NCBI GenBank assembly: GCA_002440745.1
Contig: DJVB01000018.1
Location: 1 to 35,244 of the forward strand
Source of the DNA: Bacteroidales bacterium UBA6267
GTDB lineage: Bacteria > Bacteroidota > Bacteroidia > Bacteroidales > UBA1556
Length of the DNA stretch: 35,244 bases
Direction: 5' to 3'
Within the stretch, counting starts at the first letter, position 1. Each line of letters starts with the position of its first letter. Of the stretch, positions 19,257 to 28,451 are shown one piece after another. A model generated the notes under the pieces. The model was not told the origin of the DNA. It searched no databases and saw only the letters and a list, made by a program, of their open reading frames with translations. The position numbers were made by a program, and so were the translations under genes.

Positions 19257-20171
19257 ATGATTATCACAATATTAGGAGCCACTGCCACAGGTAAAACCAA
19301 CTTAGCAGTGGCTCTTGCTTTAGAGATTGGTGGAGAAATTATTTCGGCTGATTCACGACAAGTTTATCGTGGTATGGACATCGGCACAGGAAAGGATTTA
19401 TCAGAATTTTCAATCAACGGAATTTCCATTCCTTACCATCTGATCGATATTGCGGAGCCTGGCACTGAATACAATGTTTTTCAGTATCAGAAAGATTTTA
19501 ATGAAACCCATTCAAAGATTATAAAGCAATCAAGAAAACCGATTCTTTGTGGAGGGACAGGTTTGTACCTCGAAGCCGCTTTAGGACTCCACTCCTACCC
19601 GGAAGTTCCTGTAAATTATAAGTTAAGAGATGATTTAAAAGAAAAAGACTTGAATGAATTGGGCGTAATCCTTTCTAATTTGAAGCCATTACACAATACC
19701 TCAGATAGTTTGAGTTTAGAGCGTTGTTTAAGGGCTATTGAAATAGAATTGTATAAAAAAGAAAATCCGGAAAAGTTTATAATACAGCCAAAGAATGCGG
19801 TTGTATTTGGAATAAAGTTCGATCGGAAAACCTTGCGAGACAGGATTACTAATCGTTTAATGTTTCGTTTAAAAAATGGAATGTTGGAAGAAACGATTGC
19901 ATTAATTGAGGATTACGGGGTTTCACCTGAAAAACTCAAGTATTACGGTTTGGAGTATAAATATCTGACCTTGTATTATTTAAATGAAATCAACTATGAG
20001 GAAATGGTTTCACAACTAAATACGGCCATTCATCAATTTGCAAAGCGACAAGAGACATGGTTTAGAGGAATGGAGACGAAGAAAAATCTGAAAATTCACT
20101 GGATTGATGGCCATTGGCCTGAGTCACGAAAAATGGACTTTATCAAGCAAATATTAGAGAATAGTTATTAA
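19257..20171 (+). CDS. miaA: tRNA dimethylallyltransferase
   Basis: ILGATATGKTNLAVALA...IISADSRQVYRGMDIGTGK is the MiaA P-loop and signature. It starts 22 nt after clpC. Confidence 0.88.
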   Translation: MIITILGATATGKTNLAVALALEIGGEIISADSRQVYRGMDIGTGKDLSEFSINGISIPYHLIDIAEPGTEYNVFQYQKDFNETHSKIIKQSRKPILCGGTGLYLEAALGLHSYPEVPVNYKLRDDLKEKDLNELGVILSNLKPLHNTSDSLSLERCLRAIEIELYKKENPEKFIIQPKNAVVFGIKFDRKTLRDRITNRLMFRLKNGMLEETIALIEDYGVSPEKLKYYGLEYKYLTLYYLNEINYEEMVSQLNTAIHQFAKRQETWFRGMETKKNLKIHWIDGHWPESRKMDFIKQILENSY

Positions 20172-20226
20172 ACCACCTTTGTTAAAAGAATTACTGCTTT
20201 GCTGATTTATTCCTATCTGAAACATC

Positions 20227-20234
20227 TATTTTTG
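20227..20234 (+). promoter_or_regulatory. Candidate -7 box TATTTTTG, 33 nt upstream of the 20267 ATG
   Basis: It matches TAnnTTTG. It is embedded in the inverted repeat atctattt ttg aaatagat at 20224-20242. Confidence 0.35.
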
Positions 20235-20266
20235 AAATAGATATTAACTTATAAACTAAGGAATTA

Positions 20267-20794
20267 ATGAAAATAACAGTTTTACTATTAGTCTTTTTTA
20301 GTCTGGCATTATTAAGCCAAGCGCAGCATCATGTTGTTTTGAAAAACGGCAAGAAAATCGAATGTGTAGTGATGTCGTTAAATAATGACACTTTGGAAGT
20401 TTATGTGGACATGAAAGTTATGAAACTGCCATTAATAGAAGTTTCGTCCATATTTTTTGCCCAGCAAGTAGCTTATGACGGAGGACTTTTGGCGGAAACA
20501 CCGGAGCAAAGTATCCAATCTGGCAATTATACCATTAAATACAAGATTAGAGGCAGGAAGATAATTAAAGCACCTGTAATTACCAATGCAACGGAAAAGA
20601 AAGGGCGTGTTGTTGTGCAAGTTGAGGTGGATAAATACGGAAATGTGTTGAAGGCGGAACCCGGTTACATTGGTAGTACTACCTCCGATAAATATCTTTT
20701 GGCAAAAGCGATGAAGGCTGCCCAGGACACCAAGTTTGATGTTTATATGGAAGGACCAATTACCACCGAAGGTCTGATAATAATTGAATATTAG
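20267..20794 (+). CDS. Secreted protein with a TonB C-terminal-like domain
   Basis: A signal peptide MKITVLLLVFFSLALLSQAQ is followed by a C-terminal KAPVITNATEKKGRVVVQVEVDKYGNVLKAEPGY..S....L.KAMKAAQDTKFDV resembling the TonB_C fold. There is no proline-rich spacer or N-terminal TM. Confidence 0.5.
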   Translation: MKITVLLLVFFSLALLSQAQHHVVLKNGKKIECVVMSLNNDTLEVYVDMKVMKLPLIEVSSIFFAQQVAYDGGLLAETPEQSIQSGNYTIKYKIRGRKIIKAPVITNATEKKGRVVVQVEVDKYGNVLKAEPGYIGSTTSDKYLLAKAMKAAQDTKFDVYMEGPITTEGLIIIEY

Positions 20795-20795
20795 A

Positions 20796-20834
20796 AAAAT
20801 GGCAACTAATTAACAAACAATTAGTTGCCATTTA
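20796..20834. terminator. Bidirectional rho-independent terminator between convergent genes
   Basis: aaaaa tggcaactaatt aacaaac aattagttgcca ttt is a 12-13-bp perfect stem flanked by an A-run and a T-run. Confidence 0.75.
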
Positions 20835-20868
20835 TCATCTAAACTATAAGATTAGATCTAAAAAACCA

Positions 20869-21765
20869 TTAATCCATTGCTGCTGCAAGTGCAATCGACA
20901 TAAGTTTACTATGATCCGAATCGGATCGAGAGGTGAGAACAACCGGAACTTTTGCACCCATTACTACTGCGGCTGCTGCGGCTCCTCCAAGAAAATTAAG
21001 CGATTTGTATAAAACATTACCGGAATAAATATCAGGAGTGACAATCAAATCAACATCTCCCGCCACCGGACTGTCAATTCCTTTATGTTCAGCAGCTTCC
21101 TTACTCACAGCATTATCCAAAGCCAAAGGACCATCAATGATACATCCTTTAAACTGACCACGTTTCGACATCATTGTCATTAGAGCAGCATCAACAGAAG
21201 GCGACATTTTATAGTTAACCGTTTCAACAGCGCCTACAATTGCAATCTTAGGCTCTTTTATACCCAATTTATGGAAGGCGGTAATCGCATTATTCACCAT
21301 TGCAACTTTATCATTGAACTCCGGCTCCACATTCATCGCTGCATCGGTAACAGCAATGAGCTTGTGATAGTAAGGGCTTTCAAAGAAAGCCAAATGACTT
21401 AAGGTGTCGCCGCTGCGAAGTCCGGTTTCTTTATCTAAAATCGCTTTCAGATAATCCCCGCTACTTACCAAGCCTTTCATTAAAATCTCGGCATTACCAT
21501 TTCTAACTTGTTGAACTGCAATACGCGCAGCTTTTGCCGGATTTGGCTCGTTGATAATTTCAATTCCGCTCAAATCAAAAGATATTTCTGCCGCCATCGA
21601 CCTGATAGATTCTTCATCACCTATCAAAATAGGAATGACAATGCCTACTTTTTTAGCTTCTTTAACTGCCAGCAATACCGGCATATCCGCCGCGGCAGCC
21701 ACTGCAATTCGGCGAGTCTTTTTCGACTTGGCAATTTCCAATAAATCGTTTAATGTTTTTATCAT
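20869..21765 (-). CDS. ptb: Phosphate butyryl/acyltransferase (PTA_PTB family, Ptb-like)
   Basis: At ~300 aa it has the Ptb N-terminus LLEIAKSKKTRRIAVAAAADMPVLLAVKEA, and the motifs GLVSSG, ..AMVNNAI.. and VPVVLTSRSDS are typical of PTA_PTB. No adjacent buk is present. Confidence 0.7.
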   Translation of the reverse strand: MIKTLNDLLEIAKSKKTRRIAVAAAADMPVLLAVKEAKKVGIVIPILIGDEESIRSMAAEISFDLSGIEIINEPNPAKAARIAVQQVRNGNAEILMKGLVSSGDYLKAILDKETGLRSGDTLSHLAFFESPYYHKLIAVTDAAMNVEPEFNDKVAMVNNAITAFHKLGIKEPKIAIVGAVETVNYKMSPSVDAALMTMMSKRGQFKGCIIDGPLALDNAVSKEAAEHKGIDSPVAGDVDLIVTPDIYSGNVLYKSLNFLGGAAAAAVVMGAKVPVVLTSRSDSDHSKLMSIALAAAMD

Positions 21766-21862
21766 AAGATGTTATTATTCTAATTGTTAGCGCGACAAAA
21801 ATACTACTTTCCTTTAGTACTTCATTGGAACATATAGGTAATTCTTCAATAATTGGCTTGAT

Positions 21863-22303
21863 TTAATCATCAGAAGAACCAAGAATAATTTCTTTAAGTT
21901 CAATCTTTGTTTTGTCTGAAAAGTCTTCCCGAGTTTCGATACAATGCGTGATTTTTTTCTTAAAATTCCAGCAAGTCATAGGTCTGGTTTGTAGCTCTTC
22001 AGCCAATTTTGCCACAGGAATTTCCCGATCGTAGCATACAAGATGTGCAAGTTTGAATGCAATAGGCAATGAAATCTTACAACGATGAAATATGGTGTGA
22101 GCTGTTGCAGTTTCTTCCGTTTTGCATCTCGTGCAACGTCTCGAAAACGGCTTAGAACCAGCACAATAGTTGGTATGTCCGCACTTTTTGCACACAAAGC
22201 CATCTTTCCATTTCTCATCGGAAATAAACTTCAAACATTTTTCTTCCGAAGTGAAAAATGTCTCTAATTCGCCTATCTTAATACGAGAAAATGCAGTAAA
22301 CAT
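21863..22303 (-). CDS. Zinc-ribbon protein resembling the N-terminal domain of IS1595-family transposases (possible truncated remnant)
   Basis: Two CxxC pairs (CKKCGH ... CTRCK) are followed by a helix-turn-helix-like IPVAKLAEELQ. I recall this layout as the N-terminal half of ~300-aa IS1595-like transposases. No DDE domain follows. Confidence 0.4.
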   Translation of the reverse strand: MFTAFSRIKIGELETFFTSEEKCLKFISDEKWKDGFVCKKCGHTNYCAGSKPFSRRCTRCKTEETATAHTIFHRCKISLPIAFKLAHLVCYDREIPVAKLAEELQTRPMTCWNFKKKITHCIETREDFSDKTKIELKEIILGSSDD

Positions 22304-22386
22304 TTGTTATTTAAATAGTTGGTAAAATTCTGGTGCAAAATTAACAAAAATTAGTGATGTTAATGCGATATAAAAATAAAATAATG

Positions 22387-22394
22387 TACTTTTG
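22387..22394 (+). promoter_or_regulatory. -7 box TACTTTTG, 31 nt upstream of the thioredoxin lipoprotein ATG (22425)
   Basis: The same octamer occurs upstream of dps and clpC and matches TAnnTTTG. Confidence 0.4.
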
Positions 22395-22424
22395 CAGCGT
22401 TTTATTACATCAACTTATTTATAT

Positions 22425-23003
22425 ATGAATATTCGATTAAGTTTATTAGGTCTTGCAACGCTTTGTATGGTTGGTTGTTCAAGTCAAGTTGAAAAAGCCG
22501 GAAATAGCGAAGCTGCTTCTACAACGGTTACAGAGCAAAGCGCATCAGCCGAGCCTCAAGTTACTGAAGATGCAATCAAAAATTTGGTAACGGAGCAACC
22601 CACTGAAGTTGGTACAAACACCAATTCAGGCAACAATGGTAAAGTGAAGAAAATCAATACTCAACAGTTCATTGATGAGATATTTGATTATAAAACAAAT
22701 CAAGGCAATTGGGTTTATAAAGGAAAGCGTCATGCAGTGATAGATTTTTATGCTGATTGGTGTGGCCCATGTAAAAGAGTGGCTCCGATTATGGACGAAT
22801 TAGCTAAGCAATACCAAGGACAGATTGATTTTTATAAAATAAATACGGATGAGGAAGGCGAGCTTTCGGGCTCTGTTTTCGGAATCCGCAGCATTCCAAG
22901 TATATTATTTATTCCTGCTAAGGGTCAACCAGCCATGTACACAGGCGCCTTTCCTAAGGATCAATATATTACAATTATTAAAGAACAATTTAAAATTAAC
23001 TAA
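22425..23003 (+). CDS. Thioredoxin-family lipoprotein (WCGPC)
   Basis: A lipobox signal MNIRLSLLGLATLCMVGC|SS is followed by a Thr/Glu/Gln-rich low-complexity linker of about 60 aa and then a thioredoxin fold DFYADWCGPCKRVAPIMDELAKQY. The ORF-track start at 22392 is probably an over-extension. Confidence 0.8.
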   Translation: MNIRLSLLGLATLCMVGCSSQVEKAGNSEAASTTVTEQSASAEPQVTEDAIKNLVTEQPTEVGTNTNSGNNGKVKKINTQQFIDEIFDYKTNQGNWVYKGKRHAVIDFYADWCGPCKRVAPIMDELAKQYQGQIDFYKINTDEEGELSGSVFGIRSIPSILFIPAKGQPAMYTGAFPKDQYITIIKEQFKIN

Positions 23004-23018
23004 TAACTACAAATTATC

Positions 23019-23384
23019 ATGACAACTCATTTAACGAAACAAGCATTTTTAGATAAAGTATTCAACTACGAAAAGAATAAGGATTGGAAATTCGAAGGAG
23101 AACTACCATGTATCATTGACTTTTATGCCGATTGGTGTGGTCCGTGCAAAATGGTGGCACCGATTCTTGAAGAATTATCAGTTGAATTTGAAGGCAAAAT
23201 AAACATTTATAAAGTAAACACTGAAGTTGAGCAAGAGCTTGCTGCCGCTTTTGGAATTCGCAGCATTCCTTCTATGCTTTTCTGCCCAAAAGATGGTCAA
23301 CCTCAAATGGCTGTTGGTGCATTACCAAAAGACACATTGATTCAGGCAATTAACGATGTTTTACTTAAAGAAACTGTTGCTTAA
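23019..23384 (+). CDS. trxA: Thioredoxin (cytoplasmic type, WCGPC)
   Basis: DFYADWCGPCKMVAPILEELSVEF in a 121-aa protein, 15 nt downstream of the lipoprotein paralogue. Confidence 0.85.
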   Translation: MTTHLTKQAFLDKVFNYEKNKDWKFEGELPCIIDFYADWCGPCKMVAPILEELSVEFEGKINIYKVNTEVEQELAAAFGIRSIPSMLFCPKDGQPQMAVGALPKDTLIQAINDVLLKETVA

Positions 23385-23421
23385 ACAACAATTAGTTTTT
23401 CATATATTAGGTTTTAGGTGT

Positions 23422-23456
23422 GAAGGAGTCAGTTTTTTGGCTCCTTCTTTTTTTGT
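23422..23456 (+). terminator. Rho-independent terminator of the trx pair that overlaps the 3' end of the convergent radical-SAM gene
   Basis: gaaggag tcagttttttgg ctccttc is followed by tttttttg. Confidence 0.6.
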
Positions 23457-24409
23457 TGAATTATAAATTTATAAAAACGAACTCCGTTTTCGACTACTTC
23501 TTCCACCCTGCCCTTTTGAATCAATACCTCTAATATCTCATTAATTTTTTCAAAATCAGACTCAATCGTAACTTCTGCAATATCAAATAAAGTGCAAGGG
23601 CGCCTTTTTAGCAACTCTAAAACCATTGACTCCGAGATAGTCACTTTTGACTCAGAAGATTGTTTTGCCTCCGATCTTCGAGCAATGATGTCGATATTTG
23701 GATAGTCAATAATTTTAGCAACAACTTCTAACTCGTTATAAGTCAAAGGTTTTAAATCGGCCAATACACCCGGGCGATCTAATGTGTTGAGCTGAACCCT
23801 TGTAGGCTTAATTTTCAGAATAATATCGCGCAATAATTTGAGCTCCGATTCATGGTCATTATATCCTTTGAGAAAAAGAATTTCGAGGTTTAGCTCTCCT
23901 TTGTATTCCTGAGAAAAATGTATGAGGCCGGAAATATATTCATCAATATTAATGGAAGATTCGGGTTTGTCGATTTTTTCAAAAACTTCTTTTGAAACTG
24001 CGTCCAATGAAGGCATAACCATATCGGCAGGCAAAAGTTCTCTTCTAACCTCCGGATTGTTCAGCGTAGTTCCATTAGTCAAAACAGCAATTTTCACCAA
24101 TGGATAATTAGTTTTTAAGAAAAGAATAACATCTCCAAACCTACTATTAAGAGTTGGCTCGCCTGATCCAGTGATAGTTACAAAATCAGGCATTGGGTTA
24201 TTTTCGAGGTAGTGATGAAGTTCTTCCACTACCTTATCATATTTCACATATTCTTTTCGCTCCATAGTAAGAACCGTTGTGGCTCCAACTTCACAATAAA
24301 CACAATCTAAGCTACAGACTTTGCGCGGCGCCAAATCGACACCCAATGAAACCCCGAGCCGTCTTGAATTTACCGGACCAAACAGATATTTATAATTTCT
24401 TTTAAGCAT
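23429..24409 (-). CDS. Radical SAM protein (COG0731-like family) with a C-terminal winged-helix-like domain
   Basis: FGPVNSRRLGVSLGVDLAPRKVCSLDCVYCE carries the CxxxCxxC radical-SAM cluster motif. The glycine-rich SAM-binding region is ITGSGEPTL. Confidence 0.75.
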   Translation of the reverse strand: MLKRNYKYLFGPVNSRRLGVSLGVDLAPRKVCSLDCVYCEVGATTVLTMERKEYVKYDKVVEELHHYLENNPMPDFVTITGSGEPTLNSRFGDVILFLKTNYPLVKIAVLTNGTTLNNPEVRRELLPADMVMPSLDAVSKEVFEKIDKPESSINIDEYISGLIHFSQEYKGELNLEILFLKGYNDHESELKLLRDIILKIKPTRVQLNTLDRPGVLADLKPLTYNELEVVAKIIDYPNIDIIARRSEAKQSSESKVTISESMVLELLKRRPCTLFDIAEVTIESDFEKINEILEVLIQKGRVEEVVENGVRFYKFIIQQKKKEPKN

Positions 24410-24411
24410 AA

Positions 24412-25842
24412 TTAATCATTTGCAATTGAAGGCATTAGTTCCAATAAAGCAATATTTTCGACATGTCCGGTTTGAGGAAACATATCAACAGGTTGTAGTT
24501 TTTTAACGGTATATTTTTCAACGAGCAAGGCTAAATCACGTGCTTGAGTGGCAGGATTGCAACTTACATACACGATTCGTTTAGGTTCAAGTTTCAGTAT
24601 CATTTTCACCACATCAGCGTGCATTCCTGCTCTTGGCGGATCAGTAATGATTATATCCGGCTTACCAAAACGTGCTACAAATTCATCGTTCAACACTTTC
24701 ACCATATCGCCGGCCACAAAATTCGAGTTTTGTATTCCATTGATTTGAGCATTGATTTGAGCGTCCTCAATCGCCTCGCTGATATATTCAATTCCAACAA
24801 CCCGTTGAACGCGATGGGCTAAAAAGTTAGCAATAGTACCTGTGCCGGTATATAAATCATACAGAATTTCAGAGCCTTGCGGATTAGCAAAATCCATAAC
24901 GATATTATAAAGCCGGTTTGCTTGACGGCTATTGGTTTGATAAAAGGACTTTGGTCCGATTTGAAACTTCACCATTTTGCCATCAAGAGTTGTCATAGTT
25001 TCCGTGATAAAAGGTTTGCCATGATAAACATCAAAATCTTGATCTGCAATCGAATCGTTTGGTTTTGAGTTAATTATATAAATTAATGAGGTGATTTGAG
25101 GGAAGGAATTTTTAACAAAATCCAATAAAGCCAAACGTTCGGCCTCGGATTCTTTATAAAAAACTAAAATCACCATTAAATCACCATCCAATGTATTTCT
25201 GATAATCAAGTTTCTAAGAAAACCATCTCTTCGTTTTATATCGAAAAATGTAAGATTTTGCGAAATGGCATAAGCTTTAATCTGATTACGAATTTTGTTT
25301 GCAATAACATCCATCAAGTAGCAAGTTTGGACATCAACAACCCTATCGAACATTCCGGGTTTGTGAAAGCCCAAACCATTCATATTACGGTCTTCAAGAG
25401 ATTCCCCTTTTTGAAAATCTTCTAACCACCGAAAATTGGAAAAAGTAAACTCCAACTTATTTCGATAATAAAAAGGAGATTCGTTTTCTAAAATTGTTTG
25501 GATTCCTGAAATATCAATTTTTCCTATTCTGGACAAAGCATCTTCAACCTGTTTCTGTTTGAATTTTAACTGATCGGCGTACTGCATATTTTGCCATTTG
25601 CAACCGCCGCAAACGGTAAAATGTTCGCATAAAGGATTGATTCTAAGTGGGGAAAATTTTTTAATAGCAATTGCTCTTCCATGAAGGTATGACTTCTTTT
25701 TCTCTGTAATTTTAACATCAATAATATCACCGGGAACCACAAAAGGAACAAATACTACTTTTTCGCCATGCTTGGCAACGGCATTTCCTTCAACGCCGGC
25801 ATCTACAACTTCTAAGTTTTCCAAAATTGGAAAAAACTTCAT
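24412..25842 (-). CDS. rlmD: 23S rRNA (uracil-C5)-methyltransferase RlmD/RumA family (TRAM plus [4Fe-4S] plus MTase)
   Basis: An N-terminal TRAM region (KHGEKVVFVPFVVPGDIIDVKI) is followed by the Cys cluster CEHFTVCGGCKWQ, a C-terminal SAM-MTase fold and the catalytic PPRAG...YVSCNP. The likely start is MKFFPIL at 25842; the ORF track's 25872 would overlap the candidate -7 box. Confidence 0.8.
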   Translation of the reverse strand: MKFFPILENLEVVDAGVEGNAVAKHGEKVVFVPFVVPGDIIDVKITEKKKSYLHGRAIAIKKFSPLRINPLCEHFTVCGGCKWQNMQYADQLKFKQKQVEDALSRIGKIDISGIQTILENESPFYYRNKLEFTFSNFRWLEDFQKGESLEDRNMNGLGFHKPGMFDRVVDVQTCYLMDVIANKIRNQIKAYAISQNLTFFDIKRRDGFLRNLIIRNTLDGDLMVILVFYKESEAERLALLDFVKNSFPQITSLIYIINSKPNDSIADQDFDVYHGKPFITETMTTLDGKMVKFQIGPKSFYQTNSRQANRLYNIVMDFANPQGSEILYDLYTGTGTIANFLAHRVQRVVGIEYISEAIEDAQINAQINGIQNSNFVAGDMVKVLNDEFVARFGKPDIIITDPPRAGMHADVVKMILKLEPKRIVYVSCNPATQARDLALLVEKYTVKKLQPVDMFPQTGHVENIALLELMPSIAND

Positions 25843-25871
25843 TTTCCTTCCCATATATTCGAATATTTGCA

Positions 25872-25879
25872 CAAAAATA
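25872..25879 (-). promoter_or_regulatory. Candidate -7 box (plus-strand CAAAAATA, which is TATTTTTG on the minus strand) for rlmD
   Basis: It matches TAnnTTTG on the minus strand, about 30 nt upstream of the 25842 start. Confidence 0.35.
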
Positions 25880-26076
25880 CACCGATTTAGGCAATCCTAT
25901 TCATAATTATTAGCAGCATTTTTTCATTCCAAAATTACATTAAGTGTCTGAATATATGAACTTTAATGATTTATTGGAACCGGTTTTTATCTTTCATGTA
26001 ATTTCTTTTCGGTTTTCATATTGACATAACTATCTGTCAAACTTTACATTCGCACCATTATTTATTCAGAACAATA

Positions 26077-28317
26077 ATGAAAGCAGAATCCAAAATTTCC
26101 ACAAAGGGTGCAAGTAAATACGGGCGTTTTTTACATCAGGATGGCTTAGAGGAAAACAGCCATGTTTCTGTATTCAATTATTTTCTGCTTTACCTAATAC
26201 CGATTTTGGTAGTTGATGACCCTTCCAAACACCCGACTTATAGCCTTCTATTATCTATTCCATTTCTATCTATTCTTTTCTTACGCTTTTTGTTGATTCT
26301 CATTGGAAAAGATAATCGCAAAACAAAAACCTTTTCTAAAGCCTTAATTGTAGTTTCTGGTTCGTTTTTTCCAATAGCGTACTATTTTGAAATTCAAGCA
26401 ACTATTCCTGATAACAATTTATTAGTTGTTTTGCCAATTTGGTTAATCGGAATTGCTTCCGCTTCCGCAATGGGCCTTTATAAAAGGTATAACACCCTGA
26501 TTGCTTATCTGATTGTTATGCTTTTACTTCCTGCAATTTTTTTAATGTTTAGTCCGCAAGCACCTTACAGATTAATTTTCATCTTCGCATTGCTATTGCT
26601 TACATTTTATTTGCTTTACTATGCCCGCAAAAACTTTCTGATATTCAAGCAGCTATTGAATGAAAAAAAACTCAATGATGATTATAATGAACAATTGGAG
26701 GAAAATAAAAGGGTGATTGAAGACTCCAATATTGAGCTTAAAAAGGCTTTGGAAAAAGCAACAACAGCAACAAAAGCTAAGTCGGATTTTTTAGCCAATA
26801 TGAGCCATGAAATTCGCACGCCAATGAATGGTATTATTGGGGTTGTGGAGTTGCTACAAGATCGGGAAACTGACCCCGACAAACAAAACATGTTGCGAAT
26901 AATTGAAGAATCGTCCAATTCGCTGCTGAACTTAATCAATGATATTTTGGATTTTTCGAAAATTGAAGCCGGAAAATTTGTTATCAATTACGAGCCTTTT
27001 AATCTGCACAAAACATTGGAATCCATCATCGACCGTTTTGCTTTGAAAGCCTACGATAAGAGTATAGAATTGATGATTTTTAACGAAAAAAACGTTCCGG
27101 TTTGGCTTATTGGCGATGAGCATCGCTTAAGTCAAATCATCATCAATCTTTTGGGGAATGCCATAAAATTCACAGATGAGGGACAGGTATTGTTACATGT
27201 TCAGGTTCAAAGCATTACGAAAGATTCGGTAAATATTAAATTTTCCATTGAGGATACAGGAATTGGAATTGCAGACGAAAAATTGCAACTAATATTTGAA
27301 TCTTTCATCCAAGAGGACAGCAGCACAAGCCGGAAATATGGCGGAACAGGTTTAGGCACAACCATATCTAAAAAACTAACAGAATTGATGAATGGACAGA
27401 TGTGCGTGAAAAGTCCAAACCCGAATAATAACATCAATAATAATCGTGGCACTGTATTTAGCTTTCAAATTCCATTTAGAATTCCGGAGCGTATTATTGA
27501 AGAGAAAAGCACTGATGAACTTCCTGAGCTTAAAAACATTAGTGTATTAGTATTGGATGATAATTCCACAAACCTCACAATTATCTCACAATCTTTGGAT
27601 AACTGGGGAATCCAGAATAACACAACATCAAGTCATCAGGAAGCTTTTGGGATTTTAGGAAACCAGAAAATAGATTTGATAATATCTGATTTTTCTATGC
27701 CTGAAATGAATGGTGTAGATTTCTTAGTTAAATGTCGGAGTCTTTACCCTGAAAAACAGTTCAAAACCATTCTTGCATCCTCCGATACGATAAACACAAA
27801 TCAAACTATTGTCAATGAAAACGGCATTGATGTCTTGCTTTACAAACCTATCAAGCAATCGGATTTATACAACGCAGTTCAAAAAGCGCTATCAGGTAAG
27901 ATTTCGGTAAGTCGGACCAAGAAAAGCCTTGAAATACAAACCATTAGAAATGCTTCCAAATATCGGGTTTTATTAGTCGAAGATAATCTGATAAATCAAA
28001 AAGTGGCTCTGAAGCTGTTTGAATCTATTGGCATTAATGCAGAAGTTGCCGAAAATGGTAAAGAAGCTTTAAATTTGATTTTGCAAAACGAATACGACTT
28101 AGTATTTATGGATTACCAAATGCCTGTGATGAATGGCATTGAAGCTACAAAAGCCTTACGTGAGTGGAAGATTGACACACCAATTATCGCATTAACAGCC
28201 AATGCAATGAAAGGAGACCGTGAGAAATTTATACTCGCCGGCATGAACGATTATCTTAGCAAACCCTTTAAAAGAAGTGAATTGCTTGAAATGTTACTGA
28301 AGCATCTAAAGCAATAG
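26077..28317 (+). CDS. Hybrid sensor histidine kinase with two C-terminal receiver domains
   Basis: An N-terminal polytopic membrane region of about 190 aa with 6-7 TM helices is followed by a coiled-coil linker, an HisKA H-box [10 protein letters not shown], HATPase N/G boxes ([22 protein letters not shown]), a poly-Asn linker NPNNNINNN, and two REC domains with acceptor Asp in ISDFSMP and FMDYQMP. Confidence 0.88.
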   Translation: MKAESKISTKGASKYGRFLHQDGLEENSHVSVFNYFLLYLIPILVVDDPSKHPTYSLLLSIPFLSILFLRFLLILIGKDNRKTKTFSKALIVVSGSFFPIAYYFEIQATIPDNNLLVVLPIWLIGIASASAMGLYKRYNTLIAYLIVMLLLPAIFLMFSPQAPYRLIFIFALLLLTFYLLYYARKNFLIFKQLLNEKKLNDDYNEQLEENKRVIEDSNIELKKALEKATTATKAKSDFLANMSHEIRTPMNGIIGVVELLQDRETDPDKQNMLRIIEESSNSLLNLINDILDFSKIEAGKFVINYEPFNLHKTLESIIDRFALKAYDKSIELMIFNEKNVPVWLIGDEHRLSQIIINLLGNAIKFTDEGQVLLHVQVQSITKDSVNIKFSIEDTGIGIADEKLQLIFESFIQEDSSTSRKYGGTGLGTTISKKLTELMNGQMCVKSPNPNNNINNNRGTVFSFQIPFRIPERIIEEKSTDELPELKNISVLVLDDNSTNLTIISQSLDNWGIQNNTTSSHQEAFGILGNQKIDLIISDFSMPEMNGVDFLVKCRSLYPEKQFKTILASSDTINTNQTIVNENGIDVLLYKPIKQSDLYNAVQKALSGKISVSRTKKSLEIQTIRNASKYRVLLVEDNLINQKVALKLFESIGINAEVAENGKEALNLILQNEYDLVFMDYQMPVMNGIEATKALREWKIDTPIIALTANAMKGDREKFILAGMNDYLSKPFKRSELLEMLLKHLKQ

Positions 28318-28398
28318 AGTTTTGGGTTTCCACGTTCTCAAATATCGTAAATATTTGACAATCAATAGTATTAGTTAACAAGTCAATAGAATTGAAAC

Positions 28399-28436
28399 AA
28401 AAAAAAAACCCGTCATTAAAATTGACAGGTTTTTGC
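28399..28436. terminator. Bidirectional terminator between the hybrid kinase and sucD
   Basis: An A10 run, then ccgtca ttaaaat tgacagg (6-bp stem with a bulge), then a T5 run. Confidence 0.55.
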
Positions 28437-28451
28437 GGTAGTTAAAAAAAC

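Noticed and set aside
20224-20242. The inverted repeat atctattt-ttg-aaatagat as a miaA terminator.
   Set aside because: No T-run follows it. It overlaps a good TAnnTTTG box for the next gene. Its role is ambiguous, so it was recorded only as promoter context.
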